64,000 nucleotides of DNA from Camelus dromedarius (Eukaryota). Position numbers and translations under genes: made by a program. Location of the stretch: the NCBI RefSeq assembly GCF_036321535.1, contig NC_087436.1:73844001-73908000 (forward strand), written 5' to 3'. This document shows positions 38,331-51,119 of the stretch, piece after piece. The stretch's first letter is position 1; every line of letters begins with the position of its first letter. The notes under the pieces were generated by a model. The model was not told the DNA's origin and made no database searches. It was given only the letters and a program-made list of their open reading frames with translations.

Positions 38331-38918
38331 CAATGGTTCTCAACCCTGTCAACCCAGTTCTCCATTTTTAGAAGAAATATTTTATAAAGCTATCCTGAAA
38401 TAAGATTAATAGATAAGACCCACTTGCACCCATAAAAAATCAATATAATGTCCCAACTATAATTTATAATAAAAGTTATATACATTTCAATATGTAAATG
38501 CCTAGATTATTCCAGAAGACATAATGAAGTCATCAGATGATTGTATTTACTTACACAAATAAATTTGGATTGAAGAGAGGACTGGAAGCTATTCATGAAA
38601 GTATAAGAAAATGAAAGTGAAGAAATACCGTGGGCACTAGATAGAAACTGTTAGAACTGTCCAAAAATATTTTGCTTATATGTGAAACTGACTTAGGTTC
38701 TGGGTTTGAGCATTATAGCTTTTTGACTTAATGTGTGTCTAGCAGTGCATTTGAAATTTATATGGAAATGAGTCAGTTTTTCATTGTGCAAGACTGTCCA
38801 GAGCATTGCAGGATACTAGCTCTCTACTTCCACCTCACTGTTGTGACAATCAAAGAATACCTTGACAAATTTCCAAACTGCCTTTTAAGAGGCAGGACCG
38901 CCCCCTTGAGAACCACTG
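38331..38918. mobile_element. hAT-Charlie-type non-autonomous transposon
   Basis: Terminal inverted repeats caatggttctcaa / ttgagaaccactg, flanked by ttttagag / ctctcgag (NTCTAGAN-like target). Confidence 0.7.
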
Positions 38919-39732
38919 CTCTCGAGTAACAAAGTAATGAGTGCATCTGCTAGTCTGTTTTCCCCATCTGTATATGTATACCTAACTGCATGTTTATGAT
39001 TATGGCAAGTAAATTCATAATGAATTGAAGGTTTTTATAACATATACTGGCTGTTTCTCTCAACTTCACTTATGAAATCTGAGTGGTGATCATTTATATA
39101 TTTCCAGTCACTCTTCCCTTGTACAGTCTGAAACCAAAACATAGCCAGAAGTCAGATGTGTGCATTTAAGGGCAGTGTGAAACAGACCATCCTGAGATGG
39201 CTGGATTCCACTGTTCCTCTCCACTAGTTCAGATGAAAGGGAAGTAGTTTTCTCCAGAGCAGTGTTTTATGTATAGAGAGAAAAAATTAATTTATCAGCT
39301 TGGAGGGCTTAGTGTTTAAAAATGCAGCTATATTCCATTGTATATTGGTAGAATATGCAGATGAAATGCACTATCTTACTTGAAATAGAAGACACTGGAG
39401 TAAACTTTATCTTACATGTATATAATGAAAATTTAACATAGGTTAAGAAATTCTAGACAACTTGTGCAACAAAAAATTATCTGTCTACATACTTAAAAAG
39501 CCTTTGGAGTCCTAGATAAAACCCAGATTAGCACACTTTGATGATATATGAAAATATAGCCCAAAAATCTGTAATGAACTATGTTTATTTTAAAATTGTT
39601 CCTGGTTAGAAGTATTTCATGTAAGTTTCTAACTCAACTTGTATGTCTGTTTACATATTCAGGATGTATGGCATAGGTGGATGAAACTTGGTATTAAAAG
39701 TGACATATGTCAATGACTGTTCTCATTAACAG

Positions 39733-39872
39733 CTCCAGCTCCAGCTCCAGCTCCAGTTCCAGGTCCCAAAACCCATCCCTCTGCATCTTCTGGCAAAATG
39801 CTCCTTCCAATATTTGGAACATTCATCACTTTAATCAGTGGTTCTGCTATAAATCTCTTTGTTGCTCTGTAG
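39733..39872 (+). CDS. ART3: ART3 last coding exon: Pro-rich linker and GPI-anchor signal
   Basis: (T)PAPAPAPVPGPKTHPSASSGKMLLPIFGTFITLISGSAINLFVAL*, TAG at 39870-39872; the joined CDS is 1176 nt and in frame. Confidence 0.96.
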
Positions 39873-40107
39873 TCTGATACATTTCTTTATTTCCTGAAAT
39901 ACACTACAGGCATCCCGCAGCAATCATCAGAAAGAATGATGTATTTTTCAATTGTTGGGCAAGTCAGCTGATAAAATGAGAATTGCATATTTGTTATTCA
40001 CCTTTCAAATTCAGAAAGTTAATCCAAATGTCATAGAATTCATTTTTCACTTATTTCTATATTAATCTTATGATTACAAAAAAACTGTGTACTTTTAATT
40101 CAATATC

Positions 40108-40113
40108 AATAAA
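40108..40113 (+). terminator. ART3: Probable ART3 polyadenylation signal
   Basis: First AATAAA after the stop codon, about 235 nt downstream, followed by T-rich sequence. Confidence 0.7.
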
Positions 40114-40407
40114 AACTTTAAAATTACTGATATAATTTTAGAATTACCAGATATTAAAATATCAATATTGGTGGTTCATATGATTTTTACAGCTTTTTTA
40201 AAATCATTTTTTTCAACTTTACATATCTGTACTGTTTGTTTCTAAGAACAGTTTAGAGCTTTAGCTTTTTAAACTTACATAGTTATCAAAGGAATTAAGC
40301 CAACCGCAAAATAAGTATCAACAGAATGCAGTAATCCAGTCATAAAGGACAGTCAGATGTGCTTACACATATGTAAGAAATCAGTCATCTAAGTTATAAT
40401 TAGTTCA

Positions 40408-40862
40408 TTTCTGTCTTTTTTCTTTTTTAGATTCCACATGTAAGTGTTATCATATGGTATTTTTCTTTCTGGCTTTCTTTACTTAGAATGAGTGTCTCCA
40501 AGTCCATCCATGTTGCTGTAGAGGGCATTATTTCATTCTTTTTATGGCTGAGTAGTATTCCATTGCATACATATACTACACCTCCATCCAGTCATCTATT
40601 GATGGACATTTGGGTTGTTTCCATGTTTTGGCTATTGTAAGTAGTGCTGCTGTGAACACTGGGGTGCATGTGTCTTTTTGAATTATATTTTTCTCTGGGA
40701 GTGAGACTGCTGGATCATTTGGTAAGTTTGTTTTTAGTTTTTTAAGGAAGCGCCATAGTGGCTGCACCAATTTACATTCCTACCAGCAGTGTAGAAGGGT
40801 TCCCCTTTTTTGCACACCCTCTCCAGCATTTTATCATTTATAGACTTTTTAATGATGGCCAA
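40408..40862 (-). mobile_element. Younger L1 3' fragment between the ART3 and NUP54 3' ends
   Basis: Minus [16 protein letters not shown]...[25 protein letters not shown] is the L1 ORF2p C-terminus. Confidence 0.92.
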
Positions 40863-42634
40863 TATGAACTGCTGAATTTTTAAAGGTGTTCCACTCACCT
40901 TTAAAGGATCACTTTGTCTTCAAATAGTGTATTCTTTCAGTGTCTTCATTTTCCTTCAATATATGAACGCTTTATATTTCTACAAACACAACAGTTTACC
41001 AAGTATTTCACATACATAGTTCCCAACTTGAACCTCATGTTAACCCAGGAAGGCAGACAGTACTGAATGAATATGTATGCTCAATAAGCAAGGAAAAAAT
41101 GAGGTTATACAGTATAGTACTCTTTCCCCAAGGCATTGTGGTTGAATAGTTAACTGATTTAGGCATGGGCTTTGGTAACTAGTACTTGTTTTACACTGCC
41201 AGTGTTTCAAAAAGGACTTAGGGTGACCTTCAAAGGTACAGAAGAGCTACATAAAATCTAAACTAGGTCTTAGGGGGTTCAGTGTGCTTTAATTCTACCA
41301 ATTACATCTCTTCATGAATTCAGAACTTTCAGTGGACTACCCACAAGAACCATTAGCCAGTTCACAGAATTATTTATGATGTAAATTTTGCTGGAGAACA
41401 CAACTTAGTCCTGAGGCCAAAGTGGTGGGTCTTTCCTTCTGTCCACCCAAGTCTAGAACTTGTTACCATTTGCTTGGAACACACTTCAGGTATAGACCAA
41501 GTCCAGTTATCTAACCAGCTACATGAACAAGGACCACAGGCCTGACTTACACATGTAGTCACCAGAAGGATCAACACTTAGGAGGCAAATTGGGCCTGCC
41601 TTTAAAAGGCAGATCCCGAGCATAAGCTAGGGCTGGTGAAATTAGAAACCTAACAATATCAGAGCACAGAAAGTGAAAGGCTAGAGAAGTGACTATGGTC
41701 TGCATGATTAGCCATCTGTCCAGTAGAGAATGTGGTTCAATGAGTAACAATTCTCACCTGTTACATCAACAACTCTATACAGTAAGAGGATGTGCAGAGG
41801 GACAAACTCCTTCCACATTCAGCTCCGTGAGTAAGAAGGCTGGAAGTGCTTATCTTCTGGGCCAAGGAGAAAACAGACAAGGAGAGAAAAAAATCCTCTC
41901 CCAACGCTGTTGGAATTGCAAAGCGTAGGAAAGTATGACAAAAGGGTGATACAGAGAATAGTGTAACAAGTTTGCATGTTATAAACTTGTAAAAGTGGCT
42001 ACAAACCTCTAGATGCTAACATGGAAAGAAATAGAGTAAGTTTCAAAGTACCCAGTCTCCTATACAACTATTAACCTTGTCTGCATCTGAACAAGAAATT
42101 CCTTCAGTGGGATCTCAGAGGATGGCCTCTGGATATACAGTGCATCACACTCAACATCCTCATAATAAACACAGCAGCAAAGTTCACGGGGCTGTTTTTT
42201 AGAACACTGCTCATCATAAGCTAAAGCATTATGCAGAAATGCAAAATTGAAACATTCCAAGAAGGGCCGACAGGATGCAGCCCAGGTGTGCAGTTCGGTA
42301 GTCAGAAAAATTTTAAAATTACCTAGTTGTTAAAGAATCACTACTGCACGTTATCATGTCTAATTCAGATTTTCCAGTCTTTTCAGATACTAATGATGTA
42401 TTAGAGAATTCTTTATGCTAGATGATATCTGAAGTAAGTTTCACTTGCCATACCTCAGTCAAAATGTATCAGTATTGATACACTTTCCTTAGGAGGGAAG
42501 TCAGACTTAAAACCATGTTAAGACTAAAATTCTTAAGTTGTGATTATGATTCAGTACTTACGTGGACATGAATGGTCATTCTCCCAGAGCCAAATAAAGC
42601 ATCAGACAGAAGTATATAAAATTATAATCAAGCA

Positions 42635-42640
42635 TTTATT
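42635..42640 (-). terminator. NUP54: Probable NUP54 polyadenylation signal (a second candidate at 42933-42938)
   Basis: TTTATT on plus is AATAAA on minus, about 680 nt after the stop, at the end of an AU-rich unique UTR. Confidence 0.65.
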
Positions 42641-43320
42641 TATAAGTTTTCATCTTTTTTAGAAATAAAAAGGTTTAAAAAACAAAAAAAGTTGCAAAAA
42701 TGAGAAAATGTAGTTTTGTTATGTCCTAAATGCTTGTGTGTTCTGTAAATTCCAAATAAGTAAAATAATATAAAAATATATTTTCAAATCTTTATAGAAT
42801 GAGAAAACCACATTAATCATTAAATACTCTTGGATTTTCTTGACTCTCCTCACAGATGAATTCACAAATATAAAAACTGATGTACATTTACATTCTGAAG
42901 TACAAATCTCCAACAGCCAAGTCATTATATGGTTTATTTTGTTATGTGCAAAGTAGATATTTCATGTTTACTTGCTATGGAAAGCAAAGCACAGGCTCAG
43001 TGAAGAATAATCATTAAACACTGATTATTGTTAAGAACAATGCTGCTGTAAAAATGTACAATAGTACATATTTTTGGTAATTATGTACTTTTAAAGTAAT
43101 TACAGCTTTTAGATGTAAATCTTTCAAAGGCTGTCTTTAAAGAGCTGTGAAGTGACTTTTTTCAGATTTGATTAATAATTGGTCAGTGACCTCAAAAACC
43201 AAGCCAGGAGAGAAGAGTGTTTTCTTTTTTTTCCCCTCCACACGGTCAGTTTCATTCTTAAGGAGCGTCTGATAACAAGAGGATATATTTCACAAACCTT
43301 TAACACAAGTTTGTGAACTG

Positions 43321-43449
43321 TCAACTAAAGACACCACCTCTGATGTGGATGGTTTCATTCAATCCATGTTCTACCAACTTGATATCTTCTAGGTCATCTT
43401 TTATGATGCTAATCAAGTGGCTAAGGCCTTCCTGTTGTTGTTTCAAATG
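43321..43449 (-). CDS. NUP54: NUP54 last coding exon, HLKQQQEGLSHLISIIKDDLEDIKLVEHGLNETIHIRGGVFS*
   Basis: 129 nt, acceptor ttctag|, TGA at 43323-43321; matches the NUP54 C-terminus. Confidence 0.97.
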   Translation of the reverse strand, partial: HLKQQQEGLSHLISIIKDDLEDIKLVEHGLNETIHIRGGVFS

Positions 43450-44849
43450 CTAGAAGGAATTAAAAAAATATTAATGCATTCCTCCATTAAATTGGAAGCT
43501 ACTCACAGCAAAAAGGGCTTTTTCTAGCAATATAGCAGTTAGTAGCTTTTCTAAATATATGCATATTTAAACATTGTACTGTATCTTTGCTAACACTTAC
43601 ATGATCTACAGTAAAATACTACTATAAAAAGCAATAAAAGTATCTACAAATTTTACAAAAGATGCAGGTTTTTTTAGATTCTTTTTATCAATCTCTGATA
43701 AAAAAACAAAAGGTATGACATGAAAACAATGCAAGAATGTACTCAAATATACATGACTAGCAAAATAATCATTCTGAAAACAGGATTTCCGTATCTTGAA
43801 GTACGAAGTATAAAGTGATGATAATGGTGAGAACTACAATTGCTAACATTTTAAAAAGAACTTCTCTGGTGTTAAGGCAGCTTTAAGAGCTTTATGGGTA
43901 TTAACTAACTTAACTCATTTAAAATCCCTTTGAGCACATACCTTTTCAGGGTACCATTATTACCTCTTCTCTATGATAAAGAAATTGAGATACAGGTAAG
44001 TAACCTGCCCAAGGTCATAAACTAGGTGATGAGCCATGATTCAACCCCAAAAACAATATACTGCTTTTCATCGTTTTAGGTAGGTGTTTATATTATTCCC
44101 AATTTTACTGCATACAGAATCTCGTTCATATAGTTCTTTATTCCAATGTGCTGGAATTTTTCTCAGTTTATTGTAAATATTGGTACAATGGAATATAATC
44201 TAGTGTATATATACTTTCTGAGAACCTAGGAGCCAAACTAGCTTTTAGTTGCATAAAACAGGAATATCCACTCTACAGAACATAATAAAATCAGATTTGT
44301 TGATGACGTTTATAACCACCTATAATCTTCAGGGCCTTGCCAACCTGCCATGCCAGTTAATCCTACCTAATATGTTCTACAAAGTTTACCATCCTAATAT
44401 ATATTTTTTAGATACAGTCAATGGCTAGACAGGTTTTATTAAAACAATCTGTATTTACTAATGAAAATAAACTAGAGAGGTACTTCCCAACTTTTTCATA
44501 CAAAATGAGCCTTAGACAGGTGGTTGGAAGCTTTGATTACCCCAACCTCCATCAAGGTCCCCAAGGGCTGACAAGATCAATAATTGCATGTTTATATGTG
44601 GCATCATACAAGTCGGAAAGATATAGAGGAATTAACTTTTTAAACTTTACCATGTATACAAATCACTCTACAATCTTGAAAAATGTAGATTAAGGAGGTC
44701 TGGAGTAAGGACCAAGTCTGCATTTCTAATGACCTCAGAGCTGCTGCTGCCTCTGCATTGAGCAGCAGGGTCAAGGGAACTTTGGTATCTGTATTACCTC
44801 TGAATTCATCTTTTTAGGGGGTGGGGGGAGAAAATGATAACACTGTTTT

Positions 44850-45530
44850 TGTGTGGTAACATACATCACGTAAAAATGTCCATTTTAACCATTTTTAAAT
44901 GTACAGTGGTACTGAGTAAGTCATGTGCAACAATCACTACCGTCTATCTGTAGAACTTTTTCACCTCCCCAACCTGAAACTCTGCACCCATGAAATACTG
45001 TCTCTGTTCCCCTTCCCTTCAGCCCCTGGCAGCCACTATTCCATTCTCTGTGAATTGGATTACTCCAGGTGCCCCATAAAGTAGAACCGTACAACTTTTG
45101 TCCTTTTAAATTGACTGACTTCACATGATACAATGCCTTCAAGGTCCATCCATGGCTGTTGTGTGTGTGTCAGAATTTCCTTCCTTTTTAATGCTAACAT
45201 TCCACTGTATATAAATACCGTATTTTGTTTATTCGTCCATCTACAGACATGCAGACTGTGTCCATGTTTTGGCTACTGTGAGTAACGCTGCTATGGACAC
45301 AGGTGCACAAATACTTGAGTCCCTGTTTTCGATCTTGGCCTATGTGGTTATCCTATGTCTATTATCTGAGAAGCTGTTTTCCAAAGTAGCTGTGTGCACC
45401 ATTTTACACTGCCACCAGCAGTGCACGAGGGTTCTATTTCTTCACATCCTCTCAACACTTATTTTCTGTTGGGGTTTTTTTTTGGGGGGGGGGGTGATAA
45501 TACACACCCTAATGGTTGTGAAGTGGTGAA
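44850..45530 (-). mobile_element. L1MB-like 3' fragment
   Basis: 'cattttaaccatttttaaatgtacagt...cctaatggttgtgaagtgg'. Confidence 0.85.
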
Positions 45531-45568
45531 TTCACCTTTTTAAAAGTGCACTCTAGTGCAACACTTAC

Positions 45569-45679
45569 CTGTTTGATTTCTCGTAACAGATCTGCATCTA
45601 TGTAATATCTTTCTTCAGATTTGACTGCTCCAAAATGATTCTGCATCCTGATTTGGGACATCAGTTCATTTAGTCGGCC
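45569..45679 (-). CDS. NUP54: NUP54 exon, GRLNELMSQIRMQNHFGAVKSEERYYIDADLLREIKQ
   Basis: 111 nt, AG/GT boundaries, phase 0-0. Confidence 0.96.
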
Positions 45680-45989
45680 CTAAAATAATACCGAATTGAA
45701 TTACAACTGCTCACAACAGCAAGCATTTCTAAAAGAGAATGTTTTATTTTAAAAGGATGGGCACCACTCTAATCAGATGTTTTAATTCTCCCTCTACATT
45801 ATTTAAAACATTAAGACAAGTCCCAAACATCACGATTAAGAGTCTACTTTAGAAAGGAGGTTTTGATTAAAGAGAACAAATACTCAATAAAAACAAGTAT
45901 ACAAAATTCCTCTTTTTGAAGACTAAGTAACATTTCTCTGTAGATCCACCCAAAACAAATTCTAGCTTCATGGTCTTACAAGTGCTTAC

Positions 45990-46109
45990 CTTAAACTGAG
46001 TAGGCGCATTCAGTTCACATTGAATTGTATCTAGCTGAACTCGCAGCTGCTCTTCATCAGCTTGGATGGCATACCCACTCTTCCTCTGAATTTCCTGTTT
46101 GATTAGCAC
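45990..46109 (-). CDS. NUP54: NUP54 exon, VLIKQEIQRKSGYAIQADEEQLRVQLDTIQCELNAPTQFK
   Basis: 120 nt, AG/GT boundaries; also present in the ORF track. Confidence 0.97.
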
Positions 46110-46299
46110 CTATACAAAGAAAACCCACCAATATCAACAGAAGCCATCTCTTTGCAGTTATGCAAGTAATTTTATTACACATCTATTATTGAAAGAAATC
46201 AGCTGAATACACTAACAATAGTAAGAACCATAACAGTTCAAGATTTGAATGTTTGCCCATTTTTATTAGGCAAGTTACAGTAATGTTACTTTTAATGAC

Positions 46300-49200
46300 T
46301 ACATAATTTTCATGTATTAATAATTTATTAAAGTATTCTTATATTGAGAAGCATATATTTTGTTTCTAGTTTTGACACTGAACAATGTTGTAATAAACAT
46401 TTATATATAAGTATATATATAAAAATACATAAAGATATATATATTTACTGGTATAGACCCTCAAGAATGAGATTGCTGGGTCTAAAAATACGTTTTCAGT
46501 CTTCAGAAGCTGTTAGATTGCTCTCCTGAAAGATCTTCTATTCATAATCCACATGTAAGACTACCCTTTTCCACACATTCTTGTCAGCAACAGGTGATGA
46601 TGTTTAAACTTTTCTCAGCCTGATGAGTAAAAAGGCATCTCACACACAAAAATTTTTTAAAACCTGCATTCCCTTAAATGTTAAAGGACCATCTTTTAAT
46701 GGTTAAGAACTACTTTGCATTTGCTCTTCTGTGAACTGCCTTTACACATTCTTTGCTCATATTTCAGTTGCATTTTTTGGGGGGGGGGGCCAAATTATAG
46801 GATCTTCTCATGTAATATAAATATTAACACTATGACTAAAATCAACACTTTGAAAATTCAGCATTTTTTCTGAAATCACTTGACTATTGACAAATGGCTT
46901 CTGGTATCTTTTTCTTCCACAAAATTTTCTAATTCTTATATAGTCAATTTTATTTTATAGTTTGTGGCTTTCTGGCCAAAAGTCTCTCCAACCTCTAGGT
47001 TGTACATGTAGCCTCATAAATTTCTTGGTCTATAATCCACCTTTTTTGGACATGGTGTGATACAGTGGTCTAATTCTATTCTACTTTCCAGATGGATAGC
47101 CAGTTACTCTAGCGTTAATTATTAAATAAACCCACTGAATTGAATTACCACTTCTGTCATATTAAGATACATGAGCACCTATTTCTGGATTCTCCATTCT
47201 ATTCTGTGGGCCTTTATTTCCAATCCTACTCCAATCTCATATTGACTTGATTACAAGAGCTTTAAAATAGGTTCTAAAATTTGATAGAGCAAGTCCCTTT
47301 CACTATTTTTTGTTCCCCCAGAAGCTATTCTCAAAACACTTTTCCTTATTTATGAACTGAATGATTTTAATCAATTTTTTAGAAGTTGTAAATCATTTTT
47401 AAATTTTATAAAGTAGCTATTTTCTTCTTATTTAAGAATATGATTTATCTAGTTGTGAAAACTTTAATTCAGACTGTGTACTTTCCTCATAAATTTATTC
47501 CTAAGCATTTTATAGTTGTTTCATAATACTGAATGGAGTACTTTCCTATTTCCATTAATAATATAAAGACACACAGATTTTTGTACATTTACCTCATATT
47601 GAGCTATCTTACCGCATGAAATATATAGTTTATTTCCTTGGGTTTTCTAGATGTACAACCAAGTGATCAGCAAAAAGATGATCTCTTTTCAATGTTTATA
47701 CTAATTAACTACCTTGCTCATTCTATTTATGAAAACCTTCATAATAACAGTGAATAATAATATTGGGTATCAGGGTTTAGTTTCTTAATGTGATTCTACT
47801 GCTTTGCTTCTTAGAAAATTTGCTGTACATTTTTGGCAACTAGTCTTTATCATACATTTTCCCTTCATGTGTTGACATGATAAATTATGTTGATAGATAC
47901 CCTGTTAGAGAACCAACCCTCCATTCCTGAAGTAAACCTTGCTGAGTCTAAGTGCATTCCTTTAGAATTTGATAAATACCTGGATTCTCTTTGCTTATAT
48001 TTTATTTAGAATTTCTGCATTTGCTTCCTTTGGTTAGGTTTACTGAGGTATAATCCACATACAACAAAATTCAAAATTCAGGTGTACAGTTATATGCATT
48101 TGGACAAACACAGGTAACCATCAACACAATCAAGATACAGAACATTTCTAGCACACTAGAAAGTTACCTCCTGCCCTGGTAGTCACTCTCCCCTTACCTC
48201 CTGCTGCTAGCAACTACTGCTGTTACCCATCTCTAGTTTTGCCTTTTTGCATAATGTCATATAAATGGAATAATACCGCATGTAGCATTTCAGTCTGACT
48301 TCTTTCACTTAGCGTAATTTGCATCCCTATTAGAATTAGCTGTTTATAGATTTTTATTTTGGGGTACTAAAAACAGAGATGTAAAATGGTCAGGTTGCTC
48401 TAGAAGACAGTTTGGTAGTTCTTTAAAAGTTGAACATATAGAGTTACCACATGACCAAGCAATTCCCATCCTAGGTTTATATACCCAAGAAAAATGAAAG
48501 CATACATCCACACAAACTCTTGTACATGAGGGTTGATAGAAGCATTATTCATAATAGCCAAAAAGTAGAAACAACCAAAGTGTTCATCAATTGATGAATA
48601 AATTAAAATGTGGTATATTCATACAATGAAATATTATTCAGCCCTAAAAAGGAATCAAGTACTGTTACATGCCACAACACAAATGAACCTTGAAAATATG
48701 CTATATGAAAGAAAGCCAGTCAAAAAAATACCACATATCATATGACTTTATTTATAGGAAGTGTCCAAAATAGGCAAATATGTAGAAACAAAGTCGTTGC
48801 CTAGGGCTAGGGGGTTTGAGATGAAATGGGGAGTGGCTGCTAATGGGTATGGAGTTTCATTTTAGGATACTGAGAATGTTCTAAAATTGTAGTGACGGTT
48901 GTACCAAACTGTGAATATAATAAAAATCATTGGGTTATACACTTTAAATAGGTGAATTGTATGGTATGTGAATTATATCTCAGTAAAGCTGTTTAAAAAA
49001 AACAAAGCAGTTGTCTATATTTTTCCTTTTGTCTGAAATAAAGTAACTTTAGAATTAGCTCTTTAATGGTTAGACAAAATTCAGCAATGAAACTATCTGG
49101 CCTTGGTGCTTTTTCCATGGTTGACTTTTAGTAACTTTCCCAATTGTTTCTATGGTAGTTGCCTATGTAAGATTCTTCTCTGTAGATCAAGTTTAGTAAT

Positions 49201-49790
49201 TTCAATTTTGCTAGAAAATCATGTTCTAACTTCCAAACTTACTGCCCTGAACTGCACACAGTATTTTCTTACTCTGTTGTGTATATCTGTGGTAATGTCT
49301 CCTTTCTCACTTTTGATTTTTCTTTTCATTCTTCAGGCTCATGAGATGAGTCTTCTTTTCCTTCCTTCTTCACTTATGTGTAGCCATTTTAACAGTCTTT
49401 TCAAAGTAACAGCTTCGCAATTTACTTTTTATATATGATTTTTTTTTCTGCTTCACTCATTTTCTTTATTTTTCTCTTACTGGTTTCTTTTAGCTCTTGA
49501 TAGAATTTTTATAACAAGATGAATACTAAGTTCTTTATTTTTTTTCATTTGCACTTAAAAAAAAATGAAGATTTTCTAAGGCTGTAAGTTTTACTCTGAG
49601 TACAGCTTTTGCTGTATATCCCACTGATTCTGGTATATAATACTTGTTTTCATGATAATTTGAATTTGTGTTGCTATTCATTCTTTTATTCCCTCTTGTT
49701 AACTTGCAAGTTCTATTGTTGCTTTCATTCATTAATGGCTGCACTCCCTTTTCTAACACTCAAAATCAGAACTGTATTTTTGTTTTTCTG
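46300..49790 (-). mobile_element. Highly decayed L1 with nested L1M pieces (about 48030-48320 minus and 48370-49000 plus)
   Basis: Degenerate antisense ORF2 motifs such as 'aaatttattcctaagcatttt'; the nested sense piece ends 'gtatgtgaattatatctcagtaaagctg'. Confidence 0.7.
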
Positions 49791-50084
49791 AAAACTATTA
49801 ATGATCTGATGCATGCTCTTTTTACACTAAGATGATTTATTTTTCCACTGCTTTTCCCCCACCCTCTCAATAAAATGTGCATTTTAGAATATTTTCACTT
49901 TCTTCACCCATCTTGTGGGACCTCTCCTCCAACTTCTAGGTTTTATTGAGAAAGTCTGGTACTTTCAGTTTTACTCTTATTTTTTTTAGTCTGTTTTTTT
50001 TCTTCTATTGTAAAAATCCACATTTAACACTTCCATAATGCATATAGTCTTATAAGTATTGGGGGAAAAAATCCAAATTACTAC

Positions 50085-50192
50085 CTGTAAGGTTCTATGG
50101 GAAAGGTCCATGAGCTTCCTCTTGTACTGTGCAATTTTGGCCATAGTCGTAGTTTGATTCTTCTGTAATTCACTAATATCTTCAGATATGAT
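50085..50192 (-). CDS. NUP54: NUP54 exon, IISEDISELQKNQTTTMAKIAQYKRKLMDLSHRTLQ
   Basis: 108 nt, AG/GT boundaries, phase 0-0. Confidence 0.97.
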
Positions 50193-51119
50193 CTGTTTTA
50201 AAATAAATAAAGGTAAATCAAGTATTGATATCACAACTGTTTTATCAGGTTCACTTACAAGCAAAGTCTAATTCTAAGATAAGCCTGAGATTTCTCTCTC
50301 AAAATATAAACTCTTTCCCTTTAAATCTGCTTTTATATTTCTTCCCCTTTTGTACACCTAAAAGTTAAAAAGTATCATTCAAAGATTTCTTTAAGCTCCA
50401 GGAAATTTAGTGATGAGGCAAGGTATACAGAAAAGTAAAACATACACTTCAGAAATAATTAAGGAATTTGAAGTAATACTATGGAACAGAGCCAACAACC
50501 AGGCCATGAATGGAAAAAGATCTATAAAGTGATATGCAGAAGGGACCTTAATAGATAATTAAATATAACTACATGCTGAAAGTATAGTCCAATATTAACT
50601 GTTACAAAATACTATGGGGGGAGATGCTTGGAGTGGAGAGGGAAAGGATGGCTGTTAATCACACAACTGAAGACATTTTTATTCCCCTGGGTCTTTGATT
50701 TGCTCTTTGCCTGGGCTGAAATCCTACTGTTTTGCCTTATGAAAATCTTAACCTTACAGAGCAAGTTAAAATCTCATTTCATTAAAGCTTCCCAATCGGA
50801 ATTAAGCCCATAATTTTTCCTATCATACTTAATCATTCTGTGTCACTGGCTTATGTTGAGATGTTATAAGTAAAAGGGTAAGAAGATTGTACAAGACACA
50901 TTTTAGCGTGTCTGTCTACACATGTCACCTTTTAAGGAAATTTTCCAATGCCAGGCATGTTGGCAGGCACAAAATTAGGTGGCCATCCTCATTATTTATT
51001 ATGTAACCCAGGCACCTCCACCCCCACCCCTCAATTGCAGTTTTGAAAATTCGGCAGGGTTTCTAGACAACAAGAGTTAACTACTACTGGATACGAGCAA
51101 TACTAACAAAAAACAGAAA

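Noticed and set aside
40205..40408. Complex sequence after the ART3 poly(A) signal resembling a retrocopy UTR or conserved element
   Set aside because: No coding remnant or TSD; more likely an ancient DNA-transposon relic, but I cannot assign it without a Dfam search.
40879..40905. Perfect 10-bp hairpin tttaaaggtg / cacctttaaa
   Set aside because: Short and AT-rich, plausible by chance in 64 kb, and too small for a pre-miRNA.
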